Shown: positions 1 through 10,066 of the stretch, one piece after another
How the letters are laid out: every line of letters starts with the position of its first letter
Numbering within the stretch: position 1 is the stretch's first letter
Source: Actinomycetota bacterium
GTDB taxonomy: Bacteria; Actinomycetota; Actinomycetes; Nanopelagicales; Nanopelagicaceae
Length of the DNA: 64,000 nt
NCBI GenBank assembly: GCA_026393075.1
Contig: JAPLAW010000025.1
Span: 12,929-76,928, forward strand
Reading direction: 5' to 3'
Translations under genes and position numbers: made by a program
The notes under the pieces: generated by a model
What the model was told of the DNA's origin: nothing
Seen by the model: only the letters and a program-made list of their open reading frames with translations
Database searches by the model: none

Positions 1-1563
<1,563 letters not shown>

Positions 1564-1676
1564 GAATAATCACTTTCGAAGAGTTTCGCGATTCTCGCCT
1601 TTGAGATGTCGGTAATCTCTCTCAATTGGATTACAGGAATTCGCCCGAAATGTTACGTGGGCGTTAAAAGATCAGG

Positions 1677-2522
1677 TTATTCAGCGTCCAAAATGCCAGT
1701 TATGTAAATTTCCGGGTCAAAAGGCGTGAGGTCGCCTATGGCCTCCCCTGTGCCGATCCATTTAATCGGCAGATCGAGCTCATGTTCAATTGCGAGGGCA
1801 ATACCGCCTCTTGCGCTGCCATCTAATTTAGTTAAGACGATGCCAGTAACTTCAACTGCCTCTGAAAATAGCTTCGCTTGGCTCAAACCATTTTGACCAG
1901 TCGTTGCATCTACCACTAATAGCACTTCATTGACCGGGGTAACTTTTTCTATCACTCGTTTAATTTTTCCAAGTTCGGCCATGAGGTCTGCTTTGTTCTG
2001 CAGTCTTCCGGCGGTATCAATTACTAAATACTGATATCCATCAGCTTTGGCTTTAGTAGCACTATCAAAGGCAACTGCTGCTGGTTCGCCATTTGTTTTC
2101 CCAGTAATAACAGTTAACCCGATGCGCGTTGCCCAAGTTTGTAATTGTTCAACGGCTGCTGCACGAAAAGTATCGGCAGCACCTAGCAACACTCGGTTGC
2201 CAGCGCTTGAAATGTTTGCAGCTAACTTGGCAACTGAAGTTGTCTTACCCGTGCCATTGACGCCAATAACTAAAATTGTAGTTAAGCCCGTCTCTGAAAT
2301 AGCTAATGTGCGCGGCTTAGAACTGAGTAGTGCGGTTAGTGCTTCACGAATAGCCTCAATTGGTTCTTCCGATTTACTTTTCTTAGCAGTTGCCAGAATT
2401 GCTTCCGTTAAAGTTGCGCCTAAGTCGGAGGCAATTAATTCACTATAAAGCTCATCCCAATCAGCAGCTGTAACTGATGACGTTCGAGTGACTTTGGCGA
2501 GAAACTTTTTGAAGAAGCCCAT
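1677..2522 (-). CDS. ftsY: signal recognition particle receptor FtsY (minimal, NG domain only)
   Basis: 281 aa. SRP-GTPase motifs GVNGTGKTT, DTAGR and TKLDG are present. The N-terminus is the amphipathic MGFFKKFLAKV, with no acidic A domain. Confidence 0.9.
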   Translation of the reverse strand: MGFFKKFLAKVTRTSSVTAADWDELYSELIASDLGATLTEAILATAKKSKSEEPIEAIREALTALLSSKPRTLAISETGLTTILVIGVNGTGKTTSVAKLAANISSAGNRVLLGAADTFRAAAVEQLQTWATRIGLTVITGKTNGEPAAVAFDSATKAKADGYQYLVIDTAGRLQNKADLMAELGKIKRVIEKVTPVNEVLLVVDATTGQNGLSQAKLFSEAVEVTGIVLTKLDGSARGGIALAIEHELDLPIKWIGTGEAIGDLTPFDPEIYITGILDAE

Positions 2523-2548
2523 GGTTAACGGCGCCGATACATCTCTGC

Positions 2549-5500
2549 TTATTCGTTATTTGATTCGCGCAGACGTTGCGAGATAACTTCAGTTACACCG
2601 TCACCACGCATGGTCACGCCATAAAGAGCATCAGCAATTTCCATTGTGCGCTTCTGGTGAGTAATGATGATTAGCTGCGATGTTTCGCGCAGTTCCTCAA
2701 GCACGCCTAATAGACGGCCTAAGTTGGCATCATCAAGGGCTGCTTCAACTTCGTCCATTACATAGAAAGGACTTGGGCGTGCCTTAAAGATTGCAATCAA
2801 CATAGCAACGGCAGTTAAAGACTTCTCGCCACCAGATAGCAGCGACAGACGCTTAATGCGCTTTCCAGGTGGGCGAGCTTCAACATCGACGCCACTGTTT
2901 AACAAGTCATCTGGGTTAGTCAGAATCAAGCGACCATCGCCACCTGGGAATAGTCGAGCGAAGATAGTTTCAAAGTGCTCAGCGGTAGCTTCGAAAGCTT
3001 CCATGAATATTTGCTGTACGCGATCATCAACTTCTTTGACAATGTCTAAGAGATCTCTACGTGTGTTCTTCAAGTCTTCGAGTTGCTCAGCTAAGAACTT
3101 CAAGCGCTCTTCAAGGGAGGTGTATTCCTCAAGTGCCAGCGGATTGATCTTGCCAAGGAGCGTAAGTGAACGCTCTGTTGCAGCCAAACGCTTTTCTTGT
3201 TGATCGCGGCGATATGGAATTAGCTCAGTTGTAATGATTTCGCCAGCTTCATTTTCAATAAAGGTTGGCACATCATTATCTGGACCATATTCATTAACCA
3301 GCGTTTCAGTATCAATGCCAAGTTCTTCAACAGCCTTTGATTCAAGTTGTTCGATGCGCATACGTTGTTCGGCGCGAGCAATTTCATCTTTATGAACGCT
3401 AGAGGTAAGCACTTCTAGTTCAGCAGTTAGTTCGCGATTACGTGCGCGAGCTGAAAGAGTTTCGCCTTCGCGGATCGAACGTGCTTCTTCTAGTGCTGCG
3501 CGCTCTGTAGCTGCTTTAGCGATTGATCTTTCAATATGAATTAAAGCTTCATAAGCTGCTTCAGCGATCGCTTGTGAAATAACCGCACCACGTGCACGTG
3601 CTCCGCGACGTGAGACTGCGCGTTCTGATGCTTCGCGTTCTGTGACGGCAGCTTCGACAAGTGCCTTGATGCGCGCAGCAAGTGAATCCAAACGCTCTTC
3701 ACTGGTACGAACAGCTAGTCGTGCTTCAACTTCAGTTGTGCGCAAACCGGAAACGCGCTCGCGCAAAGCATCTGCTTGTGAATGATCTGGGTTAGCGATC
3801 TCACCCGATTGAGTTAGTTGGCTCTGTGCCGACTGTAGTTCGCCCTCATCGCGGCTCTTAGAAGTTGTGGTTTCAGCAATAGCCGAGTTGAGGCGCTCAA
3901 CTTCGGCAGTGGCTGACTTCATGTGTTGGCCGGCAACTGCTAGTTGCTCAGTGATTGCCGCAATTCGAGCATCAGATTCATTTAGCTTTGAAAGCGCAAC
4001 GTCGAAAGCAGATTGCTTACTGTCGATCTCAAGAGCTGCTGAATTAATCGCAAATTTCAGTCGATCGCATTCATTAGAAATAGTTTGTAGTTCACTACGC
4101 AACTTTTCAATAAGAGCTTTTACTTCGATCAATGAGTTGGTGTTCTTAGAACCACCACGAGCGCGAGATTTGGTAAAGAAATCACCATCGCGAGTTACGA
4201 CAGTTAGTTCAGGGTGGTTACGCAAAATATCAGCAGCCTGGGCTGCAGTCTCGCTAACTACGGTCTTGCTAAGTAGATCTGAAATTAAATCAGAAACTGA
4301 ACTGGATCGAATATGGGCAGTGATCGAAGTTAAGCCACCGGCAAGTGCAACTGAGTTAGCGCCTTGGTTGTGATGAACCAAAACATCAGCTTGGCCAAGA
4401 TCTTCACTACGCAAGGTACTTAGTGCGGTGATTGCCGCAGAGATATCTTGCACCACAATGGCATCTGCCAATTGACCAAGAGCAGCCGCCACTGCATTTT
4501 CCCAGCCCGCATCAATTTCAATTAATGAAGCAAGTGAGCCAAGAGTTGCCAAACCACGAGGTTCACGGAGAAGTGCTGCTGCGCCGTTTCGTGATTGCGA
4601 AGAAAGCTCTAACGCTTCTAGTTTTGACTCAATTGCATTGCGTGAACGATCAGCAATTCGTTCAGCATCTACTAATTTCTGATGTTCGTCGCGTGCAGCA
4701 GCTAGAGCCGACTTGGAACTTTCGAATGCGGCATCTAATCCAAGTTCGCCCGAATCAGCACTAGCAATTTCTAATTCATGTGTTGCATATTCACGCTGCG
4801 CTAAATCGCGGCGATTGACAGCTTCGTCGCGTGCTTTAGTTAAGCGAGCTATTTCTTCAGACATCGCATCAAGGCGTGCTGCTAATGACTTGATATGGCC
4901 TTCTTGGCGAGCAGTACCTTCGCGTTGGTCAGCGATTGCGCGCAGCGCCGCTGCAATGCGATTTTCTTCAGCAACTAGTGCGGCTTCGGCAGCGGCTAGG
5001 GCCTGTGATGCTTCGGATAAGTTGGTGCGAGATAGTTGAGCAGCGGTTTGCAATTGAGATTCTTCACCGCGCAAAGTTTGCGCCTCTGCTTCAAGAGCTT
5101 CTGGATCGCGACCAGCGGTGCGCGCCTCTTCGGCTTCTTCAGCCAAAAAGCGCGAGCGCTCTTGAGCCAAGCTCTGGGTGCCGCGGAACTTCTCGCGCAA
5201 TGAATTTAATTGATAGAAAGTCTCTTGGGCTTGAACTAAGCGTGGGCTATCAACTGCTGCTTGTGAATCTAATTCTTCTTCGCGGCGGCGAACGCCATCG
5301 AGTTCGGCTTCAACTAGTGAGCGTTTTTCACGAAGTGCTGTCTCGTCTGCCACTTCTGCTGTTAAAGTTTTAGAAAGTTGAATGTAATCATCGGCTAGCA
5401 AACGTAACTTCGCATCGCGCAAATCAGCTTGAATAGTTGCAGCTTTCTTAGCAACTTCGGCTTGACGACCCAGTGGTTTTAATTGACGGCGAAGTTCGAC

Positions 5501-6085
5501 TGTTAAATCTTGCACGCGCGCCATGTTGGTCTGCATCGAATCTAACTTGCGCAGTGCTTTCTCTTTGCGCTTACGGTGCTTTAGCACTCCGGCTGCTTCT
5601 TCAATAAAGCCACGACGTTCTTCAGGTGTTGCCATCAAAATTGCATCGAGTTGGCCTTGACCAACGATCACGTGCATTTCGCGACCGATACCAGAGTCAC
5701 TGAGTAGTTCCTGAATATCTAGTAAGCGTGAAGCTTCACCATTTATTTGATATTCACTTTGACCGCTGCGGAATAAAATTCTAGAGATCGTTACTTCGGC
5801 ATAATCAATTGGTAGCGCGCCATCAGAATTATCAATTGTTAAGGAAACTTCAGCTCGACCAAGAGGTGACCGACCGCTGGTGCCGGCGAAAATAACATCT
5901 TCCATTTTGCCGCCACGCAGCGATTTAGCGCCTTGCTCACCCATAACCCAAGTGAGGGCATCGACCACATTTGATTTTCCAGAGCCGTTCGGACCCACCA
6001 CGCAGGTGATGCCTGGCTCGAGGCGCAGGGTCGTCGATGACGCGAAGGACTTAAAGCCCTTGAGCGTGATGCTCTTCAAATACAC
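2549..6085 (-). CDS. smc: chromosome segregation protein SMC
   Basis: 1178 aa. Walker A GPNGSGKSN, long coiled-coil arms and a hinge are present. The C-terminus has the LSGGEKSL signature and Walker B YVMDEVEAALD. Confidence 0.95.
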   Translation of the reverse strand: MYLKSITLKGFKSFASSTTLRLEPGITCVVGPNGSGKSNVVDALTWVMGEQGAKSLRGGKMEDVIFAGTSGRSPLGRAEVSLTIDNSDGALPIDYAEVTISRILFRSGQSEYQINGEASRLLDIQELLSDSGIGREMHVIVGQGQLDAILMATPEERRGFIEEAAGVLKHRKRKEKALRKLDSMQTNMARVQDLTVELRRQLKPLGRQAEVAKKAATIQADLRDAKLRLLADDYIQLSKTLTAEVADETALREKRSLVEAELDGVRRREEELDSQAAVDSPRLVQAQETFYQLNSLREKFRGTQSLAQERSRFLAEEAEEARTAGRDPEALEAEAQTLRGEESQLQTAAQLSRTNLSEASQALAAAEAALVAEENRIAAALRAIADQREGTARQEGHIKSLAARLDAMSEEIARLTKARDEAVNRRDLAQREYATHELEIASADSGELGLDAAFESSKSALAAARDEHQKLVDAERIADRSRNAIESKLEALELSSQSRNGAAALLREPRGLATLGSLASLIEIDAGWENAVAAALGQLADAIVVQDISAAITALSTLRSEDLGQADVLVHHNQGANSVALAGGLTSITAHIRSSSVSDLISDLLSKTVVSETAAQAADILRNHPELTVVTRDGDFFTKSRARGGSKNTNSLIEVKALIEKLRSELQTISNECDRLKFAINSAALEIDSKQSAFDVALSKLNESDARIAAITEQLAVAGQHMKSATAEVERLNSAIAETTTSKSRDEGELQSAQSQLTQSGEIANPDHSQADALRERVSGLRTTEVEARLAVRTSEERLDSLAARIKALVEAAVTEREASERAVSRRGARARGAVISQAIAEAAYEALIHIERSIAKAATERAALEEARSIREGETLSARARNRELTAELEVLTSSVHKDEIARAEQRMRIEQLESKAVEELGIDTETLVNEYGPDNDVPTFIENEAGEIITTELIPYRRDQQEKRLAATERSLTLLGKINPLALEEYTSLEERLKFLAEQLEDLKNTRRDLLDIVKEVDDRVQQIFMEAFEATAEHFETIFARLFPGGDGRLILTNPDDLLNSGVDVEARPPGKRIKRLSLLSGGEKSLTAVAMLIAIFKARPSPFYVMDEVEAALDDANLGRLLGVLEELRETSQLIIITHQKRTMEIADALYGVTMRGDGVTEVISQRLRESNNE

Positions 6086-6111
6086 GCGGCAAACCTACCT
6101 TGCTGCGGGCT

Positions 6112-6945
6112 CTACTTCTGACAGTACGGGCAGAAATGAGAGGATCGATTTGCGAAAGAAATTCTTTTTATCAATCGGCCACATCTTGAACATGGTTCGC
6201 CTTCGCAACCATAAACCTCTAGTTGAACCTCAAAGTAACCGCTCTCGCCATTTACATTTATGTAGAGATCATCAAATGAAGTTCCGCCCGATTCCAATGC
6301 GCGAGCCATAATTTCGCGTGCACTATCAATTAATAAATTAATTTTCTTCGCGGATAGATCACCACAGATTCGTTCTGGGTGAATTTTTGCTGCCCAAAGT
6401 GATTCATCAGCGTAAATATTTCCGATTCCACTCAAAATTTGCTGATCTAAGATCGCGCTCTTAATTTTGCTCTTACGGTTTCGAAGATTTGCCACAATGG
6501 AAGCTTGATCAAAGTTAGGATCGAATAAATCTGGCGCAATATGCGCAGCCATCGATGGAATTCCGTCCGTCAGATTATCAACTGCCAGCCAGCCGAAGGT
6601 GCGCTGGTCAATGAAGCGCAGTTCACGGTTCTTCTGCAACCCGCCGGCCAAAGTAAATCTAGCCCGAACATGGCGTTCATCGACTTTGCCAATTGGTTGA
6701 ACTAAGAACTGCCCACTCATTCCAAGGTGGGCCATAAGTACTTGCGGGCGATCTAATTCAAACCATAAGAACTTACCGCGACGGCTAATACCAGTGACTT
6801 TGGCGCCTTCAAGTGAAGTAATCGGCGCCCACGAATCAGGTCGCTCTACTCGCGGATGTAACGCTTGAATATTTTTTAACTTCTTACCGATCACCCAACG
6901 CTCTAAACCGCGTCGGACCGTTTCAACTTCCGGAAGTTCCGGCAT
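6112..6945 (-). CDS. mutM: formamidopyrimidine-DNA glycosylase
   Basis: 277 aa. The N-terminus MPELPEVE carries the catalytic Pro2/Glu3. The C-terminus has a zinc finger CSRCG...CPYCQ. The start lies 23 nt inside the rnc 3' end. Confidence 0.93.
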   Translation of the reverse strand: MPELPEVETVRRGLERWVIGKKLKNIQALHPRVERPDSWAPITSLEGAKVTGISRRGKFLWFELDRPQVLMAHLGMSGQFLVQPIGKVDERHVRARFTLAGGLQKNRELRFIDQRTFGWLAVDNLTDGIPSMAAHIAPDLFDPNFDQASIVANLRNRKSKIKSAILDQQILSGIGNIYADESLWAAKIHPERICGDLSAKKINLLIDSAREIMARALESGGTSFDDLYINVNGESGYFEVQLEVYGCEGEPCSRCGRLIKRISFANRSSHFCPYCQK

Positions 6946-7642
6946 CTTTTAAAAAGTTTTCAGCTTTGAGAAATTCGTAGGCACCACGTGCTGCATATTG
7001 TTCAGCTTCGCGCTTGCTCTTGCCTTCGCCTTGGCCAACTACTACCCCACCTAGTGCTACTGACGCTTTAAAACTCTTGTCATGATCAGGGCCATCTTCA
7101 GTTACTGAATACTCGGGAACCCCTTTGCCATTTGCTGCAGCGAATTCTTGCAGCGCAGTTTTGCCATCAAGGCCGGCGCCTTTAGCCATTGCACTTGCCA
7201 ATGTGTCAGCAATTAGCAAGCGAACAAATTGGGTGCTCTTTTCAAAACCTAAATCAATATAAACGGCGCCAATAAGTGCTTCGAGCGCATCGGCTAACAG
7301 TGAATTCTTATCGCGACCGCCGGTAGTTTCTTCGCCACGACCTAAGCGAATGTATTTTCCTAATTGCAATGTGCGAGCAATGTCGGCAAGTGCGCGCATA
7401 TTTACAATGCCCGAACGCAATGGAGATAAACGAGACTCATCGAGATCGGGATACTTCAAATAAAGTTCTTCAGTAACAATTAGACCCAGAACTGAATCAC
7501 CTAAGAATTCAAGGCGTTCATTTGTTTCTTTCGCACCGCTTTCGTAAGCAAAAGAGCGATGCGTAAACGCTAATTCAAGAAGAACCGGATCAACTTCGAA
7601 TCCGATCTGCTTAGTTAGCGCTGAGTACAGATCAGACCTCAA
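6923..7642 (-). CDS. rnc: ribonuclease III
   Basis: 239 aa. It has the RNase III signature ERLEFLGDSVLG and a C-terminal dsRNA-binding domain. The TTG start at 7642 overlaps the end of rpmF. Confidence 0.92.
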   Translation of the reverse strand: MRSDLYSALTKQIGFEVDPVLLELAFTHRSFAYESGAKETNERLEFLGDSVLGLIVTEELYLKYPDLDESRLSPLRSGIVNMRALADIARTLQLGKYIRLGRGEETTGGRDKNSLLADALEALIGAVYIDLGFEKSTQFVRLLIADTLASAMAKGAGLDGKTALQEFAAANGKGVPEYSVTEDGPDHDKSFKASVALGGVVVGQGEGKSKREAEQYAARGAYEFLKAENFLKDAGTSGS

Positions 7643-7805
7643 GTACCTGACGACGGTTGTAGGTACCGCAAGTTGGGCATGCTGTGTGCTGAAGCTTTGG
7701 CTGTTGGCACTGTGGGCAAGCCGCTAGCGCAGCTGCAGTTGTTTTCCACATGCTTCGACGTGAACGCGTTTTTGAACGCGACATCTTTCGCTTTGGTACT
7801 GGCAC
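7632..7805 (-). CDS. rpmF: 50S ribosomal protein L32
   Basis: It is not in the ORF track because it is under 60 aa. Hand translation from GTG at 7805 gives MPVPKRKMSRSKTRSRRSMWKTTAAALAACPQCQQPKLQHTACPTCGTYNRRQVLEV (57 aa). This has the typical L32 N-terminus and CxxC...CxxC. The expected position downstream of DUF177 and upstream of rnc fits. Confidence 0.9.
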   Translation of the reverse strand: MPVPKRKMSRSKTRSRRSMWKTTAAALAACPQCQQPKLQHTACPTCGTYNRRQVLEV

Positions 7806-7878
7806 GATGCACTTCCTTCACAAAATAAATATCTGGAGAACCGAGCCTAGTTAGGCGCGGTAGGTGGGTAAGTATTCC

Positions 7879-8457
7879 CTATTTAGGCTCAATCGGGAAA
7901 TCCAGCCCGCCCAGCGCCTTCCAGCGCGGATCTATCGCCTCGTGGGCATGGTCGGGCGGCAGGGTCGCCCACTTCTCGCCGCATTCCGGGCAAAGGCCCA
8001 AGCAATCGATATCGCAGAGTGGGTTAACTGGCAAAGCCAAAACAATTGCATCTCGAATCGGAGTCTCCAGATTAAGGATGTCTCCTTCCATCATGAACTC
8101 TTCATCAAGATCTAAATCTTCATCATCATCGCGCTTCTTCTTGCGCCCACCGCGATCGTTAGTAGCTTCGTAGCGGAAGAGCTCCTGCATGGTGCGATTT
8201 AACTCAATCTCAATTGGGTCTAAGCAGCGAGTGCACTCACCTTTGGCGACTGCATAAATCTGCCCAGTAGCGAGAATTCCTTCAGTAACTGATTCAAGGC
8301 GCAGATCTACTTCAATTACTTCACCGACTGGAACTGCCATTAACTCGACGCCAACGCGCTCGAGAATTTCCAGATCTAAGGTGTATTCCTTCATTTCGCC
8401 AGCGCGACGCGGAAGCTCATAGGTATTTAGTTCATAAACGCGCTCTGGACGTGACAT
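7879..8457 (-). CDS. DUF177 / YceD-family protein (large-subunit rRNA accumulation protein)
   Basis: 192 aa acidic protein with an Asp/Glu/Lys-rich insert and a C-terminal Cys cluster (CDIDCLGLCPECG). It is the conserved upstream partner of rpmF. Confidence 0.8.
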   Translation of the reverse strand: MSRPERVYELNTYELPRRAGEMKEYTLDLEILERVGVELMAVPVGEVIEVDLRLESVTEGILATGQIYAVAKGECTRCLDPIEIELNRTMQELFRYEATNDRGGRKKKRDDDEDLDLDEEFMMEGDILNLETPIRDAIVLALPVNPLCDIDCLGLCPECGEKWATLPPDHAHEAIDPRWKALGGLDFPIEPK

Positions 8458-8478
8458 GACTTCGTTAACCGCTCTTGT

Positions 8479-8961
8479 TTATTTGTCGTCAGCAAGTTGA
8501 GAAAGAACATCGCGTTCATCAGCGCCAGCAAGTTTTTCGCGGCCTCGAGTCACAGCATCCATGGTCTTATTCAAAATTACTTCAAGCGTTGCCAGACGAG
8601 AGTCAATATATTTCTCAACTTCGGCTCGCTCATCTTCGGCTGCTTCACGGCCTTGCGCCAAAATGCGTTTAGATTCTTCGCGAGCAGCTTTAACAATTGC
8701 AGTCTGTTCAATCATTTGCGTGACTTCTTCGCGAGCATTAACAATTAGTGCTTCAGCATTTTGATGGCCTTCTTCAATTAACTGATCTCGCTGAGCAATT
8801 ATCTGCTGTGCGTATTCCAGATCTTTAGGCAAGCCATCTCTGATTAAATCTAGTAGCTCGAGGAATTCACCGCGATGAAGAACGAAGGAAGCAGAAAGCG
8901 GAACTCCGCGCGCATCTTCAACTTGCTGGATTGCAACATTTAAATTCTCTAGTGATTCCAT
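8479..8961 (-). CDS. coiled-coil protein, SepIVA/DivIVA-like (position of Rv2927c in mycobacteria)
   Basis: 160 aa, predicted mostly helical and charged. The N-terminal block EDARGVPLSASFVLHRGEFLELLDLIRDGLP resembles my memory of the mycobacterial SepIVA N-terminus. It is syntenic with DUF177-rpmF-rnc-mutM. Confidence 0.5.
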   Translation of the reverse strand: MESLENLNVAIQQVEDARGVPLSASFVLHRGEFLELLDLIRDGLPKDLEYAQQIIAQRDQLIEEGHQNAEALIVNAREEVTQMIEQTAIVKAAREESKRILAQGREAAEDERAEVEKYIDSRLATLEVILNKTMDAVTRGREKLAGADERDVLSQLADDK

Positions 8962-8962
8962 A

Positions 8963-9442
8963 CTACTTACCTGCTTCCCGGGCTTTTAAGGCCGCATTCA
9001 CAACTGGTGGAACCATGTCTGACACATCGCCGTCGTAATGAGCTAATTCTTTAATCAACGATGAAGATAAAAATGAATGAGCTGGCGAAGTTGCCATAAA
9101 CATCGACTCGACTCCAGAGCCTTGCAGATTTACTTGAGCCATCTGTAATTCGTAATCAAAATCTGACATTGCTCGTAAACCCTTGATGATTACATCAATA
9201 TTATTTGCTTTGCAGTACTCGCCCAATAGGCCTTTCCAAGAATCAACCTTTACATTTCCAAACTTGGCAGTAGTTTCAGCAATCATCGCCATGCGCTCTT
9301 CAACCGTGAAATAACCCTCTTTGGTTCGATTGTTTCCAACGGCGACGATAACTTCATCGAACTGTGCGCTGGCACGTTCAATGATGTCGAGATGTCCATA
9401 AGTGATGGGATCAAATGATCCTGGGCATACAGCGCGTTTCAT
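8963..9442 (-). CDS. coaD: phosphopantetheine adenylyltransferase
   Basis: 159 aa. It has the nucleotidyltransferase motif CPGSFDPITYGHLDI. Confidence 0.93.
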   Translation of the reverse strand: MKRAVCPGSFDPITYGHLDIIERASAQFDEVIVAVGNNRTKEGYFTVEERMAMIAETTAKFGNVKVDSWKGLLGEYCKANNIDVIIKGLRAMSDFDYELQMAQVNLQGSGVESMFMATSPAHSFLSSSLIKELAHYDGDVSDMVPPVVNAALKAREAGK

Positions 9443-9481
9443 AAGGCAAACGCTAGCAAGGTATCGCGAAGTAAGCCATTT

Positions 9482-10060
9482 TCACGCGTGGTTATAGGCG
9501 TGATTTAAATAGTAAATCGTGGCTTGACCGTAATTCTTACTGCGCGCCAGTTCATATCCGATCGGCCAAATTGGCTCCTTTGATCGGCTCGTTCGTTCAA
9601 CTGCGATAAGTGCGTCATCGCTTAAGAAATCTCCAAGATGTAAATTGCTTAACACTTCTTCGAGATCGCTATTTGAATAATCATAAGGTGGATCAATATA
9701 AACAATTTCATACTTCATTTTCGCTGTTGACTTTACAAATTGTTCAGCGTTCATAGCAAATAGCTGAAACTTTCCGGCCGGTTTAGCCGCAGCAACAATT
9801 TCAATATTTGCATTGATCGTGCGTTGTGCCCCAAAGTCTTTTTCGACTGCATGCACTACTGATGCACCTCGCGATTGCGCCTCGAGACCAATTGCGCCAC
9901 TTCCAGCAAATAGATCTAAGAAATTTAGGCCAGCGAATTCGCCAAACTCAGAAGTTAGTGAAGAAAAAATTGCTTCGCGAGCCCGATCTGAAGTTGGTCG
10001 AGTTGCATCAGCAACACTAGCCAAAGGTCGCCCTTTTGCCACGCCTGCAATGATTCGCAT
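9482..10060 (-). CDS. rsmD: 16S rRNA (guanine966-N2)-methyltransferase RsmD
   Basis: 192 aa. It starts MRIIAGVAKGR, has the RPTSDRAREAIFS block and the DLFAGSGAIGLEA SAM motif, and carries DPPY. Confidence 0.88.
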   Translation of the reverse strand: MRIIAGVAKGRPLASVADATRPTSDRAREAIFSSLTSEFGEFAGLNFLDLFAGSGAIGLEAQSRGASVVHAVEKDFGAQRTINANIEIVAAAKPAGKFQLFAMNAEQFVKSTAKMKYEIVYIDPPYDYSNSDLEEVLSNLHLGDFLSDDALIAVERTSRSKEPIWPIGYELARSKNYGQATIYYLNHAYNHA

Positions 10061-10066
10061 AATTAA

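Noticed and set aside
7639-7821. 60-aa ORF from the track (MKEVHRASTKAKDV...)
   Set aside because: It is the wrong frame over rpmF. The alternative frame gives a canonical L32, and this frame has no recognisable features.
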